Both the position numbers and the translations under genes were made by a program. From contig CAWAXG010000025.1 of the NCBI GenBank assembly GCA_963785755.1, positions 42,613 to 106,612 of the forward strand: a DNA stretch of 64,000 nt, in the 5' to 3' direction. The notes below the pieces were generated by a model that ran no database searches, was not told the DNA's origin, and saw only the letters and a program-made list of their open reading frames with translations. The stretch comes from an uncultured Acidobacteriota bacterium. GTDB taxonomy: Bacteria > Acidobacteriota > Vicinamibacteria > Vicinamibacterales > 2-12-FULL-66-21. Below are positions 27,678 through 39,046 of this stretch, in pieces (positions within the stretch are counted from its first letter, which is position 1; every line of letters begins with the position of its first letter).

Positions 27678-30443
27678 ATGCGTCGATTTGCCCTCGCGCT
27701 GAACATGATGCTCGTGCTGATCCTGGTGGCCGCCGTCCCGCAGCAGGCATCGGGGCCGCCCCAGCAAGCCATTCAGGCGCCCGCTCCTCCTCAGCCCGGT
27801 CAGGCGGCGCCGCAGCCCGCTCCTGCTGGCCCTCCCGTCCAGATTCCGCTCGATCTCTTCAATGTGCCGGACGGCCTCGAGGTCACGCTGTGGGCGTCGT
27901 CGCCGATGCTGCACAACCCGACGAACCTCGATATCGATCGCGAGGGGCGCATCTGGGTGGCCGAGGGTGTCCGTTACCGCTCGCATCACGCGCGCCGTCC
28001 CGAAGGGGATCGCATCGTCGTCCTGCAGGACACCAACGGCGACGGCAAGGCGGACAGCACGCATACGTTCGTGCAGGAACCGGCGCTGATCGCCCCGCTC
28101 GGCGTGGCCGTGATCGACAACAAGATCGTCGTCTCGCAGCCGCCCGATCTGATCGTCTACACCGACGTCGATCGCAACCTGCGCTTCGATCCGGCAAAGG
28201 ACACGCGCGAAGTGCTCCTGACCGGTTTCCATGGGATCAACCACGACCACTCGCTCCACTCGGTCACGGTCGGCCCCGATGGGAAGTGGCTGTTCAACTC
28301 GGGCAACTGCGGCGCGATGTTCACGGACAAGTCAGGCAAGACCTTCCGCATCTTCGGGTCCTATCGGCCCGGCGCGGTCGGCCCGTTCAAGGACCCGCAC
28401 AATGCCGCGGAGCATGCCGGCAAGCCCAGCGAGGACGGGCACGTCTATGTGGGCGGGTTCACCGCGCGCATGAATGCCGACGGCACCGGCGTGGAGATCA
28501 TCGGCCACAACTATCGCAACAGCTACGAGCAGTCGATCAGCTCGCTGGGCGACATCTTCCAGAACGACAACGACGATCCGCCGGCGTGCCGCGTGAGCTG
28601 GGTGATGGAATATGCCAACTTCGGGTTCTCGTCGAACGACGGCCAGCGTACCTGGTCGGCAGATCGCCGGCCCGGCCAGTCGGTTCCGGTCGCGGAGTGG
28701 CGTCAGGACGATCCGGGCATGATGCCGCCTGGTGACGTCTACGGCGGCGGCTCGCCAACCGGCAATCTGTTCTATGAGAACGGCGCGCTCGGCCCGTCGT
28801 GGGAAGGCACGTTCTTCGCGGCCGAGCCCGGACGCAACGAGGTGTTCTCGTATCAGCCGGCGCGGCAAGGCGCGGGCTTCGCGCTCGACCGGAAGATCTT
28901 CCTCACCTCGAACGTGAAGCGTGAGTATGCCGGGTCGGATTTCCTCGGCGGCGGCAGAAGCGTGACCGGCGCAATCGCGACGCTGTTCCGGCCGTCGGAC
29001 ATCGCCGTCGGCCCCGACGGCGCCCTCTATGTCACCGACTGGATCGACGGGCGGGTCGGCGGGCACCAGGATCTGGACGATTCGCTGTCCGGGGCGATTT
29101 ACCGCATCGCGCCGAAAGGCTTCGTGTCGAAGGCGCCGGCGTTCAACACCGAGACCATCGACGGGTTGATTACCGCGCTGCGGTCGCCCGCGGTCAACGT
29201 CCGGGCGATCGGGTTCGAAGGGTTGAGAGCGCGTGGCGCGGCCGCGGTGAACGCGGTGGCGGCGATGCTCAACGATCCCAGCCCGTACATGCGTGGCCGT
29301 GCGATCTACCTGCTCTACCAGCTCGGTCCCGAGGGCGTGCAGCGGGCGGGGTCGCCTGAGAAGCACACCGATCCGGCGATGCGCATCGCGGCCTACCGGG
29401 CCATGCGGCGCGCGGGCCTCGACGTGATCCCGGCGGCATCCCGCATGGCCAAGGACACGGACCCCGGTGTCCGGCGCGACGTGGCGCTGTCCATGCGTGA
29501 CGTCCCCGCGGCCACGGCACTCCCGATCCTGGTCGACGTTGCTCGCGGGTACGACGGCGTCGATCGGACCTACCTCGAGGCGCTCGGAACCGGCGCCACC
29601 AATAAAGAGGCGGAGCTCTACGATCGGCTGAAGCGCGAGCTCGGCGTCCCGGGCGATCCGCTCGCATGGTCCCCCGCGTTCGCGCGGATTGCGTGGCGGC
29701 TGCACGTGCCCGCGGCGGTGTCCGACCTGTCCGCCCGCGCGCGATCGACGACGCTGCCGCTCGCCGATCGCCGCCTCGCCGTCGATACGCTCGCCTTCAT
29801 CAAGGAGCCCGCCGCGTCGAAGGCGATGCTCGCGCTCGCGGAGCCGTCCAGCCCGGCGCGCGAGCAGGCGATGTGGTGGTTGTTGAACCGTCTCTCCGGC
29901 GACTGGAAGGACCACGATCTGGGACCGGCGCTCAAGGCAGCCGGGATCTACGATCCCGAGTCCATCACGCTGCGCGAGGTCGTGACGCCTCCGCCGCCGG
30001 CAGATCTGAAGGAGATCCCGGTCGAGGAGGTCGTCCGTCTCACCGGCGACGCGGCACGCGGCAAGACCACGGTCACGCGCTGCCTGATGTGCCACGCCGT
30101 CGACGGCACCGGCGCCGAGGTCGGCCCGGCGCTCGACGGCTGGGGGCGCGGCAAGTCCGCGGAGGTGATCGCGACGGCGCTGGTCCGCCCGAACGCCGAA
30201 ATCGCGCAGGGCTACGACGGCACCGAGCTCAAGACCAAGGACGGGCTGACGATCCAGGGTCTGATGATCAAGGAAGGCGATCCGATGATGATGCGCAGCA
30301 TGGGCGGGATCACCCAGATCGTCCCCGCCAACCGGGTCGCCTCGCGTCGCCGGATGGCGGAGTCGCTGATGATGAGCGCCGCGCAGCTGGGTCTCACGGC
30401 GCAGGATGTCGCCGATCTGGTCGCGTTCCTCGCGGGTAAGTGA
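27678..30443 (+). CDS. PVC-type membrane-bound dehydrogenase domain protein with HEAT repeats and C-terminal heme c (CxxCH)
   Basis: VPDGLEVTLWAS, DREGRIWVAE, LQDTNGDGKAD, NYRNSYE, RPSDIAVGPDGALY; CLMCH...GPAL cytochrome c domain. Confidence 0.9.
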   Translation: MRRFALALNMMLVLILVAAVPQQASGPPQQAIQAPAPPQPGQAAPQPAPAGPPVQIPLDLFNVPDGLEVTLWASSPMLHNPTNLDIDREGRIWVAEGVRYRSHHARRPEGDRIVVLQDTNGDGKADSTHTFVQEPALIAPLGVAVIDNKIVVSQPPDLIVYTDVDRNLRFDPAKDTREVLLTGFHGINHDHSLHSVTVGPDGKWLFNSGNCGAMFTDKSGKTFRIFGSYRPGAVGPFKDPHNAAEHAGKPSEDGHVYVGGFTARMNADGTGVEIIGHNYRNSYEQSISSLGDIFQNDNDDPPACRVSWVMEYANFGFSSNDGQRTWSADRRPGQSVPVAEWRQDDPGMMPPGDVYGGGSPTGNLFYENGALGPSWEGTFFAAEPGRNEVFSYQPARQGAGFALDRKIFLTSNVKREYAGSDFLGGGRSVTGAIATLFRPSDIAVGPDGALYVTDWIDGRVGGHQDLDDSLSGAIYRIAPKGFVSKAPAFNTETIDGLITALRSPAVNVRAIGFEGLRARGAAAVNAVAAMLNDPSPYMRGRAIYLLYQLGPEGVQRAGSPEKHTDPAMRIAAYRAMRRAGLDVIPAASRMAKDTDPGVRRDVALSMRDVPAATALPILVDVARGYDGVDRTYLEALGTGATNKEAELYDRLKRELGVPGDPLAWSPAFARIAWRLHVPAAVSDLSARARSTTLPLADRRLAVDTLAFIKEPAASKAMLALAEPSSPAREQAMWWLLNRLSGDWKDHDLGPALKAAGIYDPESITLREVVTPPPPADLKEIPVEEVVRLTGDAARGKTTVTRCLMCHAVDGTGAEVGPALDGWGRGKSAEVIATALVRPNAEIAQGYDGTELKTKDGLTIQGLMIKEGDPMMMRSMGGITQIVPANRVASRRRMAESLMMSAAQLGLTAQDVADLVAFLAGK

Positions 30444-30531
30444 TCGCCGGGACCCATCTCCAATCCTCGCTCACGTCGCCGCCACAGGCGTGAGCGAGGG
30501 TTGGCGCGGCTTACCGGGGCCTGCCCTCCCG

Positions 30532-33500
30532 TCACGTGTCGTGCGGCATGTCGTCGCTCGGCGCGGTCACACTCGACTCCGTCCATATCCGTCTGATGGC
30601 AACCATCAGCTCGTCTGCAGCAGACTTGTGGAAGAAGCCTGATGCGCCGGCCGCCAGCGCCTCATCCCTGATGGCATCGTCGGTCATGGCGCTGATCACG
30701 ATGACTTTCACGTGCGGATTGTTCTGTGTGATGTGGCGGCAGACATCCAGCCCACTGACGTTCGGCAGGTTCAGGTCCATCACGATCAGGACCGGCTGAA
30801 GCCGCGCTGCGGCGTCGGCGACCTCACGGCCGTCGGCGATGACGCCAACCACGTCGCACTCGGCCGAGAGCATGCGGCCGAGCGCCTTCACGACGCCTGG
30901 ATGATCGTCGACGAGCAGGACGCGGGGGCGAGTCGGCACTACGAACCCGCGCGCAGCGCCAGCGCCGCGGGATGCGTGAAAGGCCAGCAGGTGATCGATC
31001 AACCGTTGCGTGTCGGTCCCCTTGACAAAGAACCCGGCCGCCCCCGCATGCTCGATCGCGTCCGCGGTCTCATTCCGAGCCAGCATCGACAGCCCGAGAA
31101 TCCGGATGTCGGGGAGCTCGGCGCGGATGCGCGCGGTCGCCTCGACGCCGTCCATGTGCGGCATCGCGACGTCCATGAGGATGACATCGGGCCGCAGCGT
31201 ATGCGCGTGGGCGATCGCCTCGAAGCCGTTGGACGCATCGCCGACGACCGAGAGCTGCGGCCGCTGATGGAGCAACTCTCGCAGCGCGCGCCTGACCGCT
31301 GCGTGATCGTCGACGATGAGAATCCTGAGCGCGTCCGGGGACGCGCGATCGTCGTCGACCGCCGATGCCGCTCCGAGTCGATGCGAGGCTCAACTCGTTC
31401 GCGCCGGCGACGGTGTCCGGCGCAGCGTCGCGCGGCGCGACGAGGCGGACCCGAGTCCCCCTTCCGGGCGCGCTGTCGATGTCCAGGCGGCCGCCGAGCA
31501 GCGTCAGCCGCTCGCGGATGCGGAACAGCCCCCAGCCCACCTGGCCGGCCTTCGATCGATCGTCCAGTCTCGCCGGCTCGAACCCGACCCCCTGATCCGT
31601 CACGGTGATGCACAGCTGATCGTCGGCATCGAGCTCCAACGCCAACGTCGACGCGATCCGTCTGCGCGTATTTGACCGCGTTGAAGAGCAGCTCTCTGAC
31701 CGACTCGAAGAGCAGCGTGCGGACATCCTTCCGCGCGGAATCTGCGCGCGGATCGGCGTCGATCTCGACACTCAGCTTGTACTTGTCGTGCGTCCAGTTC
31801 GCCAGCCACGTCAGGGCGGCGGGAAGTCCGGAACGCTGCAGCACGGGAGGAAACAGCTCGACGTTCAGCGACCGCGCGACGGCGATCGCTTCGTCGAGCT
31901 GCTGCTTCGCCTCTGCCAGCAGCTCGCTCGGCGCAGCTCCAGCCTCGCTCTCCCGCTTCAGCTGCTGTTCGAGGTTCAACGCCACGATGACCAGGAGCTG
32001 CTGGAGCCCATCGTGCAGCGTCCTGGCGATCTGCTCGCGCGCATGGTGCTCGGCGAGCGTCAGGTCCCACGCCATCTGACTCAGTTGCGTCGTCCGGTAT
32101 TCCAGTTCGGTCGTGCGCTCCTGAAGGGCCGCCGCGGCACGCTGGCGTTCGGTGATGTCGGTCACGAACGCGAATGCGCGTCCGCCGCCCGGCGTCGGAA
32201 CGTGATTGACGGTGACTTCGATCGGAAACGTGGACCCGTCCTTGCGCGTGCCGACGAGGTCGCAGGCCGCCCGCCGGGTTCGTGCCGTCGCGAAAGACCG
32301 ATGGTATCAGGCGCTCGATCGGCTGGCCGATCAGCTCGTCGGCGGCCCAGCCGAACATCACCTCGACCGCACGATTCGCAAAGACGAGCATCCCACGCGC
32401 GTCCGCCGACACGATGCCCTGCGTGGCGGTCTCGAGCAGCGTTCGCAGCGTGCGATCGTGTTCCTCGTCGCGACGCGCCTGGAGAGCATCCTCAGTCCTG
32501 CGGCGCTCGGTGATGTCCAGCTCGAGTCCAGTGAGCCGCGTGACGCTGGCCAGTCGCGTCGCGATCGGCTCGTCCCAGACTCTGCATCCAGCGCACGGCT
32601 GCCATCAGGGCGCAGGACACGGTAGGTGTGATCCCACGTATCCTTCGTCTGCAGAATCTCTTCGAGTATGCGGCGCATCCGCGGACGGTCTTCGACGTGC
32701 ACACGCGCGAGCCACGTCTCGAATAATGGCGGTTCTTCCGGCGTGAACCCGAATTGTGCGCGGAAGGCGTCATCCCAGTCGGCGTCATTCGTGCGGGGAT
32801 CCCATGTCCAGGAGCCGCCTGCCGACGCTTCGAGCGCGAGCCGGAGCCGCGTTTTCTGTTCCCGGAGTGCCGCTTCGGCGCGGGTGCGCTCGACGGCGTC
32901 CCAGGTCCGTTCGGCGACCTCGCGAACGAGCTCGATCTCCCCCGCCGTCCACACGCGCGGCGTGTCGTGATTGACGCCGAACGCGGCCACCATCTGCCCG
33001 TCTTTGAACCGCGCCACGCCGACAAACGCCGCGATCTGCCGCGACCGGAACGCCGCCCGGTCGTCATCGCTGAGCCGCTCGATCCGCCTGCACGTCGCTG
33101 ACCACGATGGTCTCGCCGCGCCGGAGAGCCTCGCCCAGCGCGCCCCGCATGGTGATTCGCAGGGGCGTTCCGACGAGCGGCTCGGCGCCGCGGGTGTGCT
33201 CGCGGCGAATGATGTACTCGCGGCCCCCGAGTTCCGCATAGCCGACGCGGGCTGCGCCGAGGTACTCGCAAAGATGCCTTGCCGCAGTTTCCTGGATGGC
33301 CGCCGGCATCGCTCAACGGGCGGACCGCGTCGTTCAGCCGGAGAAGAAACGCCAGCCGCTCTTCGTTCGCGCGCAGTTCGGCTTCCGCCTTGCGGTGCTC
33401 GAGCGTCGCCCAGATCCGATCGGCGACTTCCTGAACCAGGGCAATCTCGTCGGGCGTCCACACGCGTGGCGAGCGGCTGTGAACGCCGAACGCGCCCACG

Positions 33501-34381
33501 AAACGGCCGTCCTTGATCAGCAGCGGACAGGCGTAGGCCCCGATATCCGCCGCCTGCAGCGCCGCGCGCTCCTCTGCCGTGTGCGAGCTCGGTCGACGGT
33601 GTCATTGACCGACAGCGTCCAGCCTTCCAGGATGTCTGCCGTGCGACTTCCGACCAGATTGCGCCACTGAAGGTGGCCGACCAGCGAGGGCACACCATCC
33701 ACGTAGTCGTGGACGACGATGCAGTCGTCGTCCTCAATCTCGGCGTAGACCACGCGGTTGACGCGGAGGTGTGTGCCGAGCAGGCGGCATGTCTCCTGAA
33801 GAATGCGCGCAGGATCGGCGAGCGGCCGGATGGTGTCGTTCAGGCGGCGCAGGAACGCTTGCCGGCTCTCGCTCCTGCCCAGTGCCTCTTCGGCGCGGGC
33901 CCGCTCGCCGGCCCCCCACGTCCGCTCGGCGGTGACTTCAACCAATGCGATCTGATCGCGCGTCCAGGTCCGCGGCGTGGCGCTGTGGACGGCGAATGTC
34001 GCAAGCCATCGGCCATCCTTGATCAGCGGCGCGCCGACGAACGCCGCAGTCTCGCCCGCGAGCAGCTGCTCGCGCTCCGCGTCCGTGAATCGCGGATCCG
34101 TATTGACGTCATCGACGGCCACCGTCTCGCCACGGCGGCACGCGTCGACGATGGCCTTGCCGAATCGGGCGACCGGGCCTCGACCGGGGAACGGCGGGAC
34201 CCCGTCGGCATAGGACCGGCTGATGACGAACTCGTCGCCATCGATGTGCGCGTAGTGGACGCGGCTGGCGTGGAGATGCTCCCCGATCAGGCGGACGGCG
34301 ACTTCCTGGATCTCGACCGGGTCCTTCAGGGGCCGCAGCTGCTCGTTGAGGCGTGATCAGGAACTGCCACTCGGCGGACAT
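30532..34381 (-). CDS. Hybrid sensor kinase GAFx3-PASx2-HisKA_3-HATPase-RECx2 (many frameshifts)
   Basis: Collinear fragments: three GAF repeats (..PRTW/PRVWT..E...ERTW/DRIW), PAS (VHVEDR), IARTLHDGLQQ, RELLFNAVKY, DQGVGF, and two receivers (DVILMDVAMP, IVMDLNLP). Confidence 0.8.
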
Positions 34382-34524
34382 GCGTTGGAGCCGATTGTAG
34401 TCCGGTTGCGGCCTGGCCCTCGTGGGGTGGCTGACGACCCTGGTTCCTCGCCCTCGACCTCCTCCCGCTCGGAGGGTGAAATCGCCTTTACTTTGGCGCG
34501 AGAGCCCCGGTGACGACCAGACGC

Positions 34525-34656
34525 ACTGCTCTGCAAGAGCGTACTCAGTCCCTGGATGAGTTCGAGGATCAGCAGTGCCGTCCACGCAACGCTCAGCACG
34601 AGCACGGGGACTTCGAGCCAGTCTTCGAGCTGCCCCACGATCTCCTGCCGTTCGCG
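34525..34656 (-). pseudogene. N-terminal remnant of an ion transporter/K+ channel-like membrane protein
   Basis: RERQEIVGQLEDWLEVPVLVLSVAWTALLILELIQGLSTLL resembles the first helix of bacterial Ion_trans proteins; an in-frame TAG precedes it and the similarity ends abruptly. Confidence 0.5.
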
Positions 34657-34698
34657 CTACGATCGTAGTTTCTGCTGACGGTTGCGGAGGTAGGGGCG

Positions 34699-35346
34699 AT
34701 GCGAATCGGTATCATCGGAGCGGGCAGGATCGGATCGACGCTGGCCAAGATGTGGGTAGACGCAGGCCATGAGGTGCAGCTGGCGTCCAGACACCCCGAG
34801 CATTTGCAGCCGCTCGTCGGCCAGCTCGGCGCGCGCGCATCCGCCGGCACCGCCGCGGCGGCGGCGGCGTTCGGTGACGTGGTGATGTTGACGGTACCGC
34901 TGAACACGGTGCCCGATCTCGCGCGCGAGGTTGGACCCGCGCTGGCCGGAAAAGTGGTGCTGGACACGGGAAATGCCTATGAGCGGCGCGACGGCACGCT
35001 CGCGAAGCAGGCGTCCGGACACTCTTCCGGGTCTGCTGGTTGGGCCGCGGCAATGTTTCCCGGTACACGGTGGGTGAAGGCGTTCAATACCGTGAATTAC
35101 CTGACGCTGCAGAGCGAGACGCATCGGGACGGAGACCGCGTCGGGATTCCGCTCGCCGGCGACGATCGTGGTGCGCTGGAGACCGCCGCCGGACTGGTGC
35201 GAGACGCCGGCTTCGATCCGGTCGTCGTCGGCCCGCTTGCCCGGGGCAAGGAGTTCGAGCCGGATACCCCGCCTTACAACACCGGCAAGAGCGGCCGGGA
35301 ACTGCGTGTCCTGTTCGGTCAGACGGCAGCCGGAGGCGCCTCGTGA
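34699..35346 (+). CDS. NADP oxidoreductase, F420-dependent (F420_oxidored) family
   Basis: MRIGIIGAGRIG, VLDTGNAY, WVKAFNTV, AGFDPV. Confidence 0.9.
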   Translation: MRIGIIGAGRIGSTLAKMWVDAGHEVQLASRHPEHLQPLVGQLGARASAGTAAAAAAFGDVVMLTVPLNTVPDLAREVGPALAGKVVLDTGNAYERRDGTLAKQASGHSSGSAGWAAAMFPGTRWVKAFNTVNYLTLQSETHRDGDRVGIPLAGDDRGALETAAGLVRDAGFDPVVVGPLARGKEFEPDTPPYNTGKSGRELRVLFGQTAAGGAS

Positions 35347-36779
35347 ACGAGTTCGAAGAAGATTTCGCGTCGATGTTCGAGGCCTCGCTCAAGGCGAAGC
35401 GATTCGAGCGGGGGCAGACCATCGAAGGAACCATCGTCGCGATTGGGCCGGAGGTGGCGTTCATCGACGTCGGCGGCAAGGGGGAAGCGACGATCGACGT
35501 CGCCGAGCTGAAAGACGACGAGGGGGATATCGAGGTTGCCGCGGGTGATCGCATTCAGGCCGTCGTGGTGTCAACGGTCGGAGGGCTGACGCTCTCGCGG
35601 AAGCTGGCGCGCGGCGCCGCGACGCTCGCGCAGCTCGAGGACGCGTTCCACAGCCGTCTGCCGGTGGAGGGAAAAGTCGAACGCGAGGTGAAGGGCGGCT
35701 TCGAGGTCACGATCGCCCGTCAGCGCGGGTTCTGCCCGTTCTCCCAGATCGACATCATCCGGACCGAGCCGCCGACGCATGTGGGCCGTGTCTATGAGTT
35801 CCGGATCATCGAATGCAAAGAAGGGGGCAGAAACCTCGTGGTGTCGAGGCGGGCCCTGCTCGAGGAACAGCAGCGGGCGGCCGCCGACGAGGTGCGGCGG
35901 TCCATCGTCGCCGGCGCGGTGCTGACAGGGCGTGTCGCATCGGTTCGCGACTTCGGCGCGTTCATCGACCTCGGCGGCGGCGTGCAGGGCCTGCTCCACG
36001 CCTCCGAGATCGGATGGTCGCGTGTCGAGGACGTGTCCCAGGTCCTGCAGCCGGGCGAGGCGATCACGGTCAAAGTTCTGCGCGTGGACGACGAGAAGCA
36101 GAAGATCTCGCTCGGGTTGAAGCAGCTCTCCGAAGATCCATGGTCGCGGGTGCCGGCGGCCTATGAGGTCGGTCAGGTCCGGACCGGCCGGGTGACGCGC
36201 CTGGCGGAGTTCGGCGCGTTCGTCGAGATCGAGCCGGGCATCGAAGGCCTGGCACACGCGTCGACGTTCGCACCGACGGGGCGATCGCGCGGGTGGTCCA
36301 GCCAGGTTCCGGCAGGGATGACCGGCACGTTCGAGATTCTGAGCATCGACCTCGAGAAGAAGCGCATCGGTGTCGCGCTCCTTCCGGAAGGATCGGCGCG
36401 CGCCGGAGCGGCGAGGCCGTCGGCATCCGAGATCGTGCCGGGAGCGCGCCTGACGGGCACCGTCGAGCGTCACGAGAATTTCGGCGTGTTCGTCTTCCTC
36501 GCGCCGGGACGGACCGGACTCATCCCGATCAGCGAGACCGGCGTCGCGAAAGAGGCGGATGTCGCCAAGGCCCTGCCCGTCGGCGCCAGCGTCGAAGTCG
36601 TCGTGCTCGAAGTCCATCCGGAGAGCCGCCGCATCCGGCTCAGTGCCAAGGCGGTGCGGGACGCGCAGGAGGCTGAGGAACTGCGCGAATATACCGAGCG
36701 CGAGCAGGCGGCGCCGGCCGATGGATTCGGATCGCTTGCCGACAAGCTCCGTGGTGCCTTGAAACCACGCGAGCGATGA
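35343..36779 (+). CDS. S1 RNA-binding domain protein, ribosomal protein S1-like (five S1 domains)
   Basis: EEDFASMFEAS N-terminal helix, GFCPFSQID, repeated xFGAFV/IDL..G..GL.H.SE motifs, FGSLADKL tail; the GTG overlaps the upstream TGA. Confidence 0.9.
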   Translation: MNEFEEDFASMFEASLKAKRFERGQTIEGTIVAIGPEVAFIDVGGKGEATIDVAELKDDEGDIEVAAGDRIQAVVVSTVGGLTLSRKLARGAATLAQLEDAFHSRLPVEGKVEREVKGGFEVTIARQRGFCPFSQIDIIRTEPPTHVGRVYEFRIIECKEGGRNLVVSRRALLEEQQRAAADEVRRSIVAGAVLTGRVASVRDFGAFIDLGGGVQGLLHASEIGWSRVEDVSQVLQPGEAITVKVLRVDDEKQKISLGLKQLSEDPWSRVPAAYEVGQVRTGRVTRLAEFGAFVEIEPGIEGLAHASTFAPTGRSRGWSSQVPAGMTGTFEILSIDLEKKRIGVALLPEGSARAGAARPSASEIVPGARLTGTVERHENFGVFVFLAPGRTGLIPISETGVAKEADVAKALPVGASVEVVVLEVHPESRRIRLSAKAVRDAQEAEELREYTEREQAAPADGFGSLADKLRGALKPRER

Positions 36780-36819
36780 TTCACCAGGCTGGCGTGTCAG
36801 CCGGCGAAGAGGCGGCTTC

Positions 36820-38454
36820 ATGAGCATTCGATGCGCGGCGACGGCGATCACCGTTTTGATTTGGGCGGCGGGCGCTGCAGTAGCGCAGCCGCGGCCTGCT
36901 GAGCCCGGAGCCCTGCCTCCGTTCGTCGCCAGCCGATTCCGCTCTACAAAGTCGGACTGGGCACGTTCTCCCGGAAGATCTCGTCATCCAATGCCGAAGC
37001 GCAGGCTTACTTCGATCAGGGCTTCCAATTGATGTATGCCCTCGGTAAGTACGACGCCGTCCGGTCGTTTCGCGAGGCGTGGAAGCGCGATCCGGAATGC
37101 GCCATCTGTTATTGGGGCGAGGCGTGGGCGTGGGGATCCAACCTGAATCAGGTGATCACACCGGTCGATGCCCCTTTCGCGTATGCGGCCGCGCAGAAGG
37201 CGCTCGCGTTGAAACAGCAGGCCACGCCCACGGAACGGGCGCTCATCGAAGCACTGGCGCCGCGGTACGTCGAGCGCTTCAATCCGGCGACACGCGGCGA
37301 GCAGGACAAGGCCTACGCCCAGGCGATGGAAAAAGTCTACGAAACGTATCCCGACGATCTGGACATCGGCACGCTCTACGCCGACGCGCTGTTTCACCTC
37401 GAGCCGCGTCCGGGCCCACCGCCGGGACGGCGGCCGCGGCTGCAGAACATCGACTCGCCCAGCGTCAGGCGGATCCACGACGTGCTCGAACGCCTGCTCG
37501 CCCGCGATCCGCGTCATCCCGGCGCGTGCCACTGGTACGTGCATGCGACCGAGGCGACCGCAAAAGTCGCGGCGGCGCAGCCGTGCGCCGATTTCCTCGG
37601 CAAGACCATTCCCGGCGCCAGCCACATCAACCACATGCCGTCGCACACCTTCAACGAGGTGGGCCGCTGGGGTGATTCGGTTCGCGCCAACATCGACGCG
37701 TGGCACTCGGACCTGAAGGCAAGCGCCGGCGAAGGCTTCGCCATCTACCCCTCGCACAACCTGCACATGCTCGTCTACGCCGCCTCTATGGACGGTCAGG
37801 GCGCCATCGCGATGCGTGCGGGCAAGGACTACGCGAAGCTCGATGCGCGGCGACACGATGTTCCAGCTCCTGACGCTGATTCGATTCGGCCGGTTCGACG
37901 AGGTGTTCGAAGTGCCGACGCGGCCCGAGCCTGACATTCCGGCCGGCGCGTGGGAGTTCGCGCAAGGGTACGCAAAGCTGAGGAGCGGCCGGGCGGACGC
38001 CGCAGGCGGACACCTCACTGACCTGAAGAAGCTCGTTCAGCTCTCATCGGCCACCACGAACTTCGGATCGCGCCACCCCGCGCCGCGACTGCTCGGCGTC
38101 CTGGCGGCCATCCTCGAAGGAGAGATCGCTCGCAGCGCCGGCAACGCCGTCGCCGGCATCGCGGCGCTGGAACGCGCGGTGGCGCTGGACGATGAGCTCG
38201 AAGTCGACGAACCGGAACCGCTGCCGTTCCCGGCGCGGCACTGGCTGGGTGCGGCGCTCGTCGACGCCGGGCGTCACGCTGACGCCGAGCGCGTGTATCG
38301 CGAAGACCTTGCCCAGCACCCGCACAACGGCTGGGCGCTCGTCGGACTGCAGCTCGCGTTGAAAGGCCAGGGGAAACCGACGGCGGAAGCCGACGCGGAT
38401 TTGCAGGCGAGCTGGAGCCGGTCGGATACGTGGATCCGCAGCTCACGCTTCTAA
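36820..38454 (+). CDS. Secreted TPR-like helical repeat protein (frameshifts near 36930 and 37845)
   Basis: AQAYFDQG, DPECAICYWGEAWAWG.N, HPGACHWYVHATE, HINHMPSH, HPHNGWALVGL, WSRSD tail. Confidence 0.8.
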
Positions 38455-38470
38455 GAGAGCGCGGAACATG

Positions 38471-38623
38471 TCAACTCCCAACCTCCAACTTCCAACGTAT
38501 CTGCTAAGCGGCTCGGCCGTTAACCATGCCGCGTGGCTTCCGCGGAAGTGACGGCGCGCTCGCCGCCTTTCACCACGCTGGTGCAAACCGGGCGTTTTGG
38601 AGGAAGTTGGGAATTGGGAGTTG
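38471..38623. repeat. Palindromic element with CAACTCC heptamer termini
   Basis: tcaactcccaacctccaacttccaa ... ggaagttgggaattgggagttg, with loop-less centre CTTCCGCGGAAG at 38537-48. Confidence 0.75.
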
Positions 38624-38649
38624 TCTCCGGCTGCGTTCTTGCCGAGAGG

Positions 38650-38837
38650 CACCAGCGTTGTCGCGAGATCGCCTCTACGAGGGCGATCGGCGCGGCTACT
38701 TCAAGGCCACGGTGACGCCGGAGCGGATGCAGCTCGATCTGCGTTTCGTGACCAGCGTGGAAAGCCCGAACGGCACGGTCCACCAGGAAGCGTCGTGGGT
38801 AGTCGAGGACGGCATTCCGGGGGCGCAGCAGGCCTGA
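38650..38837 (+). pseudogene. phoD: C-terminal remnant of an alkaline phosphatase D-like gene
   Basis: YEGDRRGYFKATVTPERMQLDLRFVTSV...ASWVVEDGIPGAQQA* matches the PhoD C-terminal pattern (RGY..VTP....D.R...V...ASFVVE.G.PG); the rest of the gene is absent. Confidence 0.6.
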
Positions 38838-39004
38838 GCCTCGCCTCCGCGAGGGCCCAGACGTAGCACTGCCGGAGCGCCGGCAGGACGCCGGCGGGAT
38901 GAGGGGGCACCCGATCAGGATCGGACGGTGCGCGACGGGGATGTGTGCCGGTTCGCGGCGGCAGGCGGAGGCCTGCTCACGCCGCGCGCGGGAAAGGCGA
39001 GCGA

Positions 39005-39029
39005 GGCGTTGCTGAATTCGAGCAACACC
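39005..39029 (-). terminator. Hairpin downstream of the cold-shock gene
   Basis: GGCGTTGCT-GAATTCG-AGCAACACC, 17 nt beyond the csp stop; no clear U-tract. Confidence 0.4.
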
Positions 39030-39046
39030 TGCCGGTGCCTGCGCGC

